DNA of 64,000 nt, from NCBI RefSeq assembly GCF_001194135.2, contig NC_068981.1, positions 180,621,055 to 180,685,054 of the forward strand, in the 5' to 3' direction. This document shows, one piece after another, positions 47,702-58,792 of the stretch (position 1 is the stretch's first letter; each line of letters begins with the position of its first letter). The notes under the pieces are model-generated. The model was not told the origin of the DNA. It did not search any database and saw nothing but the letters and a program-made list of their open reading frames with translations. Position numbers and translations under genes: made by a program. Source of the DNA: Octopus bimaculoides (Eukaryota).

Positions 47702-48923
47702 GTGTATATGTACATATATATGTATGTATATATAGTGTATATATNNNNNNNNNNNNNNNNNNNNNNNNNNNNNNNNNNNNNNNNNNNNNNNNNNNNNNNN
47801 NNNNNNNNNGTAAATGCCGCAAAAGGTGTATTTTCCGTCGCGAAAAGGTACAAAATACTGTCAGCTGGAGGAGGGAGAGATTGCTGGAGCTTGGCGAGAA
47901 AGTACTCTGACTCGTCGTGGCATTTTAAAGGTGAAATTTATGAAGGCCAAGTCATTAAAGGTAATATATAAATGTAGTATATATGTATAGAAATATATGA
48001 ATGAAATGTTTCATGTTTAAAAATGAAATGAAGAAAGTGCAATAATAACGTTCACACTCACTGATGGTCGTTCTCAGTAACTGCCTTTAGCTTACGGAGT
48101 TCTTGTTTTTATAACTATCTAAAAGAAGCGAGAAGGATAGACATATTGTTGAGAACAAATGATTTCGTTGGTGGTCTGTTATCTCCATTGCAACCCCTGG
48201 TGGCCAAGAAGAGTTTAGAAAGGTCAAGTGGCAAAGGTATTATTCTGCTTAGCGAAAGCACCTGGGAGATGTATGACTGCTTACATTCACAGAAAAACTA
48301 TTGTTTTACCATGAGAAAAGCGCTGTTGAAGTGTTAAGTGAAATTTGGCAATCGAGGATCGAATCCACGCTATGCCTGCATAAAGCCACTACAGATACGT
48401 TGTGGAATAAAAAAATTTATCTACTGTCATGGAAAAAGTGTAACTGTAAAAATGCAGAATTATCGTATTAATGGGCATCAAATATTGATCGCTTCGCTAT
48501 AAACTGCAGGTGATATGGGTTATTTCCCTTGGGTTGTTTAAATAAAATATTAATAATATGTAGTAGATAGGAAGATCCATTCAACAGTCTAAGTATGTTA
48601 CGAGGTTTCCAGACATGAGTTCTACTCACGTGTCAAATAAAGTATAAAAGCGATATTGTCTGCAAAGATTAGAAACTGGACACACAAAACATCAATATTC
48701 AAGGTAATCGAACATAAACAATGAAATGGTTTATTTCCTTTCAGTGTTTAAAAAAATATTGTACAGGTGTTATTTTACTTGGGCGTTTAAAAAAAAATTA
48801 GTTATATGAGGTAGATATAATGGTCCCTTCCAGGGGGCGTATTATCGATTTTTTTCAACAATCTAAGTATGTCACGAAGTTTCCAGACATGAGTTCTACT
48901 CTGGTGTCAAGTTTCATCAAATT

Positions 48924-50085
48924 TGTAATAGAACGACCGTGCGAACCAAAGGAGAATGGCGACGAGACGGAAAAGGCTCCTTTTAACCATGTCGCACGGT
49001 CGAACACAAAAACAAGATATTGAAGGCTCGTCGTGAGAGAGATAGGAGCCAAGTGCCAGAAGGAATCAGAGAGTGACAAACACAACCGTTAGATATATAA
49101 AGAGAATAAGTTTATTAACATAGTGAAACTGTTTGTGTCTGTGTGTGCGTGCATGCGGCATATATAAATAACACAGATAAGTCAGGCCTTCTTGTACAAG
49201 AGTATGTATACAACAATGTGAAATAACGGACAGTCGTATAAGCAATAGTGTATGCGGCATATATAAATAACACAGTAGATAAGTCAGGCCTTCGTGTACA
49301 AGAGTATGTATACAACAAATATGAAATGACGGATCGTCGTATAAGCAATAGTGTGTGTACAACAAGTGTGTGTGAGAGAGAGGAACACAGAACATAGAAA
49401 GAGTGTCTGTAACATAGACTGTAAAAAGTCTTAAAACACTGAGATAGAGAAAAAACAGTTCGTATAAGAGTTACACAAGATATAGAATGTTCATACGCAG
49501 GAAGTTGTGGCCAAGGAGCAGAGCTGTGGTATCACAATATGTATGTGTTGAGCGTCGATGCTACGACCGGTTACCTGATACGGAATATTCTCGCAAGTTA
49601 GTTCTGACTGTTGTTCGTGGTGGAAATAATCCACTCGTACAGTGTCGATATAAAACCGAGTTTGTTGATACTGGTGTGTACTCTGGTGGTGGGGTTGCTG
49701 GCGACGACATTAGTAGACAGTACATTGGTGGTGAAGACGTTGTCGCTGGAATCTGGCTGTAGCTGTGTTCTGTATGTGTGCGTGGTCAGCGACCAGACCT
49801 GTGAGAGATCTGAAATCGAAGACGACTGGCGTCATTGGATCGGGCTTATTTATAGATGAAATAGGGTTCACCGGAAACCCAGAAAAACTCTCAGTTACGT
49901 GACCTTATCTGAAGGCCACGATTGGACGGAATGCACCCTGGCGCGGAGCAGAACTGGGGACAATTGCCGCGCAAATGAGAACCAATCAGGGTGGTGGACA
50001 GAAGGGTCCAAGGCAGCCGAAGGCTAGATGTTAGCCGTTTCGTTATCATTTATGATTGAATGCCCGAGAGAGAGGTTTCACTACA
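48924..50085 (-). mobile_element. probable solo LTR
   Basis: TGTA...TACA ends; flanks aaatt/aaatc; minus-strand TATAAAT near 49850 and AATAAA near 49112; internal 99-bp tandem at 49153-49353. Confidence 0.6.
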
Positions 50086-50329
50086 AAATCAATAAAACGC
50101 CACAAAGAAACACACACCGATTTTCCACAAAGTAGATAAGTGTGTGTGGTGGGAGGGGTGTATATGTGTGTGTATGTCTATATATATATATGTGTGTGTG
50201 CATATATATGTGTGTGTATATGCATATATGTATACATATATATGTGTGTGTGCATATGTGTATATATATGTATATATATATGTATGTATATAGATGTATG
50301 TATATAATATATATATAATATATGTGTCT

Positions 50330-50399
<70 letters not shown>

Positions 50400-50918
50400 A
50401 TAATGACCGAAGGGTTAGAAAAGCGTAAAAATAATTGAAGATGTACTGAAACAGAATTGAAGCCAAAACATTAAAAATTATTGGAAGTGGGTAGAAATAA
50501 ATACTACGTAGTGTAATAGTACAATGCTAGGGTATCTGTAGAAAGTCGAGTGCGATTTCGGAATATAAAAAGGAAAAATTCGGATCTTTGGAATTTTCCG
50601 AAAGTCCTCTCCCCACCTCAAGATTTTCCCCACAAATTACTTTATAATCGTAATGTATGCCGTTTGAAAGGTATTTCTATAAAACTTCACTGAAAAAAAC
50701 CCCCATTTTCCTAAAAGTTATGAGGGAAAAACTCGGATCTTGTGAATTTTCCGAGCTCCTCTCCCCCACCTTCCCGTTGCTTTGCGCGCATTTTTTTTTT
50801 CTCATATTCGCTTCCGACACATTTTTTAAAACCTGTTGCAATATGTTCTTGTGATTTTAGAACAAATATATAGTACGTGTGTTTATTTGGCAAAAAAAGG
50901 ATCATCCCGAAATACATC

Positions 50919-52387
50919 TGTAGTGAATCTTGCAGGCATGAAGTGGATTCGATCCACCATAGCCAAATTTAAATTAACACTTCAACAGACCTTTTCTCAC
51001 GGTGGAACAATGGTTTCTCAGTGACAGCAGTTTTACATATGCCAGATAACAAGACCACCAACTAAATCTGTTGTTCTCAATGATATGTCTATCCTTCTAG
51101 ATAGTTATAAAAACAAGAACCCCCAAGCAAAAACTTCCTGACAACCCACTTTGTGAGAACGGAGTCTGGCTGACCGGCTAGAACAATTATGGTATCTCTC
51201 CAACGTAGCAATTGTTTTCTCCCACACTCTTTCACTCTCACTACCTCTCTTTATTTCCCTTACATCATTTTATTTCTCTTTATCCACACAATGACGAGAA
51301 CACAAACACAGACTATACTTCTATCTTTACTTCGCATGCTTTACGATGTCATCACCTCCACGTCGAGGCAACAAATTTCAAGGCATCGCTTACAACTGGT
51401 GACCCCGAGCGAAAGAATTGCTGCCTTCTGAAGCTAAATTCCGAACGAATTGGTGACTCCGTGTAAAGAGAATTGCTACCTTCTGATGCTACATGCCGCT
51501 GCATTTTTGCTGATTTCGAACTAAAGAACTATAGTCTTCATATCAACAGTCGCTGAACCAAAGGAAAAGAATGACAACCTTCGTCACCACCAAGATGCAT
51601 CCTCTTTCGACCTGCTACAAAAAGCTCTATACTGCGATCGACGCTACGATGCACTTCATGAAAATGCAACACAGCCGACACAAGGAATTTGCAGACCATG
51701 GAAGCCACTAAATGCATCATTTCGACAGTTACGTGCCCAGAAACTAAGCGGAAGAAAATATGGGAGCACACACGTACAACATCTTCACAGCAAACTTGAA
51801 CAAGAAGCGGGCGAAGAGTCGCTGGCCGGCGAAATTCATACAAGTTTTCTATTTCAGAGAGAAGGTGAGAGATAACTGGCATGTGTGTAAGGGAGGGAGA
51901 GAGAATGAGAAGGTGAGAGATAGTTGGCATGTGTGTAAGGGAGGGAGATTGCTTGTTGTTTGCTGCTTACCACAGCCACTGTTAGCATGCCAACTTCAAA
52001 AGAAATCGTGCTCTCTCTATCTCTTTCGCGTTCTTTCCCACTTCCCTAACCCAACACTTTTTACGGAAACTGCTGAATTGATGTAAACAAACTCATGTGG
52101 TCTGATTTTGACGTTTCTAGGTACTGTACCGTAAGATCACCTAAATGTAACGGTAAAAATATATATTTTCTTCACAACTTCAATCACTGTTCTTTTATAT
52201 TTATATAATGGCAATCAACGAAGAAGCAATTCTTACAAACTGATTACGATGCCGACATTCCATCCTACTGTGTATCATTTACCGACTATCATTTTCCATA
52301 ATATTGTTTACAAACATAAACTTCCATTTCCATACTATTGTTTATGAAATTAACTTCATCGTTACACCTGATGACCCAACCATTACA
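50919..52387 (+). mobile_element. LTR-like element (TGTAGTG...TTACA), family shared with 54751-55517, 46162-46420(-) and 48050-48393(-)
   Basis: flanks catc/caac; the empty site ...aaatacaac is seen at 41640. Confidence 0.65.
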
Positions 52388-52399
52388 CAACTATGTGTT

Positions 52400-53490
52400 T
52401 GCGCGCGCGGGCGTGTGTGTGTGTGTGTGTATGGGTGCCAGGTATCACGATCTGATGTATATCGCAGCTGAAAAGCAGCAAACATCTCTGTCCTTATTCT
52501 TCTCTCTCTCAGTTTAAACTGAGATCTAAACATCCAAATTTTAATGCAGTAAATTTAGCTTGGCTATTCATCGTGCTCTGTGATAACCGCTATGTGCTTT
52601 AAAGCTGGTTCCTGAATTGTGGGGTTCTGTCGAGGAAAATTAGCGTTAGCTCGAGCAATTCCTTATAGTTGTAAATATTTGATAGTCGTCATAGAGATAT
52701 TAGTCTCTCTCTATCAACATAATTATATACTAAGTAACTGTAGAACAATTCAACAACATAATAAAAATAAGTTTTATTTTTGATGATGCTGGGTTATATA
52801 AATCCTGTGTCACCCAACTTAGCAGCCGCTGATTAATTTGTAGTTGGTTTTGGAAAGTTAAGAGCTTCCTTGATGCCTGCCAGAGAAGCAAGTAGCTATC
52901 ATATCGAAGGCATCGAGGTGAAGAGTGCTTCATTGAGGAGCGAGGTGTTGTCACGTCGAAGGTCTCTTGTTCAACTGAGCTTACAAAGTGAAACAAACTC
53001 TTTAAGTACTAGTTTTACTACGCATGCGCACTCAAGGGGCTTCCGGTGGTGAAGTCCCTTGTGCATGCGCAGAATAGTACTTCCTCAATGGCGGCTATAA
53101 TTTCGCGCCACTACATAGTCATCATGAGGCTGCTGTTCATCAAGCTGAGCTTGAGCAAACTGAATCATTTCTTCAGCATTTGAGATTTTCTCTACAATGT
53201 TAATGTCATCTGTTGCTGTCTGGTAATTGTTCTTGTCAATTTCCACCCAGTTTGTTTTTAATCTCTTAAACAGTTGTATGTCGGGGCCAGTAGAAGATGG
53301 CAAGGAGACAGAAAATGTACAATAAATACAAACTGAAAAATGACATTATACAAAATGTTCAGTGGATGGTAGCAACCTCTAAAATGTCTTTAATTGTGCT
53401 TAAATTTTGCATGTTAAGTTTTTGCATTAAATTAAATAAAATTAGACGGTGTCTTCAAGTTTTTGAAATAAGTTATTTTGCGTCAACCTA
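52400..53490 (-). mobile_element. hATm-like DNA transposon remnant interrupted by a solo LTR
   Basis: QQPHDDY|KELLELTLIFL...HRARWIAKLN...KIWMFRSQFKL; family name from recall of the PRDDY/HHARWMAK motif. Confidence 0.68.
52670..53115. mobile_element. 446-bp solo LTR with a 4-bp TSD
   Basis: TAGT|TGTA...TACA|TAGT; removing it restores the gatgactataaggaattg frame seen at 56730. Confidence 0.82.
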
Positions 53491-53494
53491 ATAT

Positions 53495-53542
<48 letters not shown>

Positions 53543-53840
53543 CCCAACATCACAGCTTGACAGACGGTGTTGGTGTTTACGTCCCGATAGAATAAGTATT
53601 GATACTAGGCTTCAAAAAATAAACCCTGACGTGGATTTCTTCGATTAAAACACTTCATAACTCTTTACTGACACACATATATGCATTTAATTATGGATTT
53701 ATATTGATTGTAATAACAGAATAAACAGCTGTGTTTCAACAGAAAACAGCATATTATCATCTTGTGTTTATATGTGCGTATACACACACAAACACACACA
53801 CACACACACACACGCACGCACGCACGTACGCACACACATA

Positions 53841-54726
53841 CAGGGTGCGGTGAATAAACTGTCGTCTAAATTACACAAAAGTGAAAATAATATTCATGTC
53901 TCGTTTTAACATATATTTGCCGAAACTACATAAAAATTATCTTGAAATACTAAAGAGTAAATTTATTAAATAAAAAAGGCATTGGCTTCAACCACACCCT
54001 CCAAATGACTTCGGAATCTCCTGAAATTCTTCTGGACGGTCTCCTTGTTTAAGTTGGTGAATACTGCCATAATCCTCGCCTTCAATTCATCTTTGGTGTT
54101 ACAAGGAATTTTGTTGGTCACTTGCTCAATTGCGCTCCACACATAATAATCAAGGGAGTTGCAGTCTGAGGAGTTAGGCGGCCAGTTGTTAGGGGTGATG
54201 TGGTCGCAGGAATTGTCTGACAACCATGACTGGATTCTTCTGCTTATGTGACATGGTTCAGTGTCCTGTTGCCAGACATAGGGTCTTCCAGCTGTCACCC
54301 TCTTGATCCAGGGCAGCAGCACCACCTCCTCCAGGCACTCGATGTAGGCCTCCGTGTTGATTCTGAGGCCGTGTGGGGAGATGATTGGAGGCATAACGAT
54401 GCGTCATTAGTGATCACTCCAAACGCCATGATGTTGACTGGATGTTTGATTTTTATCACTCTTGCTACATGTCCTCGGATTGCACTGTCCTCAGATTGAC
54501 ACCCAAACACTCTGAAATGTTCGTATTAGAGCTTCCGGTGCGAATGCCAAGCAGTACAGCATGATGTTTCCAAATTTCTGGCAGAGTGAATTGTGTCACG
54601 ATTCTGGTTTTCTCATAGATGGTGCCTAACTGACCCTACTATACCATGTAGTGGACAAAATCAAAGTCAATGCGCATGCGCGAAATTAAGAATATAAAAT
54701 GGCGACAATTTACCCATCGCACCTTG
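53841..54726 (-). mobile_element. internally deleted maT (DD37D) Tc1/mariner element
   Basis: TA flanks, imperfect roughly 28-bp TIRs; WQQD...WPPNSSDCNSLDY with 37 residues between the two aspartates. Confidence 0.9.
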
Positions 54727-54750
54727 TATGTATGGATGTATGTATGTATG

Positions 54751-55517
54751 TGTAGTGGATCTCGCAGGCATGACGTGGATTCGATCCTAGATAGCCAAAT
54801 TGAAATTAACAGTTCAACAGTACTTTACTCGCGGTAAAACAATAGATTTTCTGTGACAGCAGTTTACATTTGCCAGATGCCTTAGCTAACTAAGCAAAAT
54901 CATGTCTTCACCACTTGACCCTTCAAACCTCTTATAAACCACAAAAACTAGAATTAAGATAACAACGAAATTTATTGTTCTTAACGATATGACTATCCTT
55001 CTGGATAGATATAAAAACAAGAAACCCCGATGCAAAAGTCAGTTAGTGAGAACCCGAGCTAGTGAGAGCGACCATCACTTAGTGAACGGACAACTAGTCA
55101 TGGCCACAAGCAAGCAACCACTAAAGACAAATGGTCAAAGGGAGAAAGAAAGTTATATTCAGCCAACTATGAGACAGCTTTCCTCGACACTTATAACTTT
55201 CACTAGCTCAATTTCTTTTCTCTCACAACATCATTCTATCTCTATTTGTGTATTACTACTACGAGAACGTGTACACACATACTGGCCAATATTAACTTTC
55301 TTACCTAGCATGCTTTTCCATTTACTACTTATACATACCAACCCGTTGTGGTTTTGGATATATACAATGTGACGGTAAATAGATATTTTCTTCACAACTT
55401 CAATCACTGTTCTTTCATGTTTACATAATGGCAATCAGCGAAGAACCAATCCTTACAAACTGGTGACAACTCCGATGTTCCATATTATTGTTTGCAAAAT
55501 AAACTTCTACCGTTACA
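54751..55517 (+). mobile_element. solo LTR-like element with TATG TSD
   Basis: TATG|TGTAGTGG...CCGTTACA|TATG. Confidence 0.75.
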
Positions 55518-55527
55518 TATGTATGTG

Positions 55528-55559
<32 letters not shown>

Positions 55560-56129
55560 NNNNNNNNNNNNNNNNNNNNNNNNNNNNNNNNNNNNNNNNN
55601 NNNNNNNNNNNNNNNNNNNNNNNNNNNNNNNNNNNNNNNNNNNNNNNNNNNNNNNNNNNNNNNNNNNNNNNNNNNNNNNNNNNNNNNNNNNNNNNNNNNN
55701 NNNNNNNNNNNNNNNNNNNNNNNNNNNNNNNNNNNNNNNNNNNNNNNNNNNNNNNNNTAATGGGACAAGAACGCAAAACATCCAGACAGTTACGTGATAC
55801 AAGAAAAGGACAACAAAACATCGAGATCGACGATACAAAGAAAACAAGGACAAGTCATTCGGAGTTTTCTTTCCTCAGTCGAGATCCAGATTATCTTTGC
55901 AATTTCGGCTGGTTATTCTCGATATTGCTCCAATCTAGCCAACCCCAAGGAAAAACTAAACTATGAGCATTAGATTCTTTGGAAGAAAGCAGCGAATGTA
56001 TACAAAAACAAGGACGGAAAAAATCGAACAATGTTACACTAATACAATAAAAATAAAAATAATAACAGGACATAACAACAGATGTCTTTTGACTAAAGAC
56101 GAATTAAATTAAGCTGGCGTGTGTGGAAA

Positions 56130-56770
56130 TAAAGCCTTACGGCATGGATACAAGATTTCATAGGCACAGGGAGGAATGTCGATGTTGCACGCACAACGGC
56201 CAGCCAAGAAATAAAGATCAGGCTTGGCCGAACGCCGGTCACGTGGGAAGATAAGAGAGAGAGGTAGAGGCTCGTTTGCTCGATTTTGAGTCAACCGATT
56301 TCTGCAGAGCATGCTTCATTTTGTTTCTTGTCTCATGCAAAACAGCTGAATCAAAAGATGCAAGCGACACAAGCTCCTCAGAGAGGTACCACAAATGTCT
56401 CAAAAACTTATTGAGAGCAGCACTTTCAATTTGTCATCCTTTTGCTTGTAGAGCTGCAGACTTTGCACAAAATGCAAATCTGAACGGGGGGCGCATGAGG
56501 GTATGGGTGCCAGGTATCACGATCTGATGCATATCACAGCAAACATCTCACATTCCTTTTTCCTCTCTCTCTCTCTCAGTTAGTTTAAACTGAGATTTAA
56601 ACATCCAAATTTTAATGCAGTAAATTAGCTTGGCCATCCATCGTGCTCTGTGATAACCACCAGGTGCTTTTAAGCTTATTCCTGGCTTGTGGGGTACTAC
56701 CGAGGAAAACGAGAGTTAGCTCGAGCAATTCCTTATAGTCATCACGAGGTTGTGTTTTCTCAGTTGTGTT
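56130..56770 (-). mobile_element. second hATm-like transposase remnant
   Basis: QPRDDYKELLELTLVFLG..HRARWMAKLIYCIKIWMFKSQFKLTE; NKFLRHLWYLSEELVSLA. Confidence 0.75.
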
Positions 56771-56829
56771 CTCAACAATCTCAAGATTCAGTTGTGTTCT
56801 CAACAACACAACTGAATCTTAAGTGAACG

Positions 56830-58550
56830 GGGAGTGTGAGGTGGCCTTCGCGACATGGAACCAGTTCAGCCTCCGCCCTGCAGACCTCATCCCACTCTAG
56901 CCTTTGTGGATGTCCGCTCCCTCAAAGCAAATGGGACACCATCCAGTGCAGCATGGTCTCCGTTGTGTTTGTGCACCGTCTTGACCAGCACCATCCGATA
57001 TGTTTCCACTCGGCCTCCCAGTCCTACAGCTGTGCCTGGTTCAATGCAGTGCCATCACTCTCGACTCAGCTGGATGGTGACTGTTTGCGCATCGGTGTTT
57101 CCCTGAGGCTCGGACTTCAGATCTGTGAGCCTCACAAATGTCTCTGCATATCAACTGTGGATTCTTTCGGCCTCCGCCAGTTGTTATGCCATTTTAGTAC
57201 TGACTGTCTTGCATGCCATGCTACTCTCAATGAAGTCGTAAAGCATGACCTAGACGCTGCTTGAGCCGGAGAGGCAGGACAGAAAGTCAGTAAAAAGTCA
57301 GACAGAGGGTACGGAAAAGGGCCAGATACAGGGTTCGGTTACTAGCGNNNNNNNNNNNNNNNNNNNNNNNNNNNNNNNNNNNNNNNNNNNNNNNNNNNNN
57401 NNNNNNNNNNNNNNNNNNNNNNNNNNNNNNNNNNNNNNNNNNNNNNNNNNNNNNNNNNNNNNNNNNNNNNNNNNNNNNNNNNNNNNNNNNNNNNNNNNNN
57501 NNNNNNNNNNNNNNNNNNNNNNNNNNNNNNNNNNNNNNNNNNNNNNNNNNNNNNNNNNNNNNNNNNNNNNNNNNNNNNNNNNNNNNNNNNNNNNNNNNNN
57601 NNNNNNNNNNNNNNNNNNNNNNNNNNNNNNNNNNNNNNNNNNNNNNNNNNNNNNNNNNNNNNNNNNNNNNNNNNNNNNNNNNNNNNNNNNNNNNNNNNNN
57701 NNNNNNNNNNNNNNNNNNNNNNNNNNNNNNNNNNNNNNNNNNNNNNNNNNNNNNNNNNNNNNNNNNNNNNNNNNNNNNNNNNNNNNNNNNNNNNNNNNNN
57801 NNNNNNNNNNNNNNNNNNNNNNNNNNNNNNNNNNNNNNNNNNNNNNNNNNNNNNNNNNNNNNNNNNNNNNNNNCCTAACCCTAACTCTAACCCTAGGGTT
57901 AGGGTTAGGGTTAGGGTTAGGGTTAATTGTTTCAGAATCGTTTGTTTATGTAGTCGGCACTTAATGTATATCGGCTGAATGGACGTCAGTGATTGGTTGA
58001 AATTACAGAAATACGACAACTTTAACATGGAATAATTTATGGATTTCTTTTTTTTTAAAGAAGACTAAGAGAAAAAGATGTTTTATATGACACATTCTGC
58101 TGTAGATATGTGTTTCTTGTGGGGTCCGGGGCATCGAAAACACAAGGGTCACCCCGGGCGGCACATACTCTAGCTATGCTAGTGGCTACGGTAAAAGGCC
58201 AGACAGCATGACAGTTTTCCTGTTCCACGGTGATAGGCCCCTCATCTGGGATGTCACATGCTGCGACACCTCCTCCAGCAGGTGTTTGCATGCCAGCCCA
58301 GGCTTCACTGCTTGTCGATGCATCGATCACTATCCGACAGATTTGTGGCCGAGCCCGTGGCTGTGGACACTTCCCGCGCCCTTGATCCCTGCTCACTGTT
58401 ATCCATGCAGAGTTGGTTATTCGCAAGTGCGAGCCCCGTGAGTCGGAGTGACTGTTCCAGCACGTCTCCCTCTCTATCCTCGGGAGCAACACCTTTTTCC
58501 ATTTCGTCCGTCGGGACCACGAGGCAGACTGACAAGTTTGTTTCGCTACA
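56830..58550 (+). mobile_element. CRE-like non-LTR retrotransposon 3' remnant (Zn knuckle + restriction-like endonuclease), interrupted at about 57262-58110
   Basis: CAWFNAVP..LRIGVSLRLGLQICEPHKCLC..HATLNEVVK, then GKRPDSMTVF..PLIWDVTCCDT and RFVAEPVAVDT. Confidence 0.75.
57874..57924. repeat. inverted telomere-like repeat (CCCTAA)n-(TTAGGG)n
   Basis: cctaaccctaactctaacccta|gggttagggttagggttagggttagggtt; left side is an N gap. Confidence 0.9.
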
Positions 58551-58585
58551 TTTAACATGCAAAGTTCAATGGAAGTCAGTCATCT

Positions 58586-58618
<33 letters not shown>

Positions 58619-58731
58619 NNNNNNNNNNNNNNNNNNNNNNNNNNNNNNNNNNNNNNNNNNNNNNNNNNNNNNNNNNNNNNNNNNNNNNNNNNNNNNNNNN
58701 NNNNNNNNNNNNNNNNNNNNNNNNNNNNNNN

Positions 58732-58792
<61 letters not shown>

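Noticed and set aside
47810-47930. CpG-containing patch as a second promoter
   Set aside because: It is short, adjacent to a gap and to LTR-family sequence, and has no downstream exon that I can identify.
57874-57924. Ancestral telomere-telomere fusion site
   Set aside because: The orientation is opposite to a fusion scar, the array is short, and it is embedded in another repeat.
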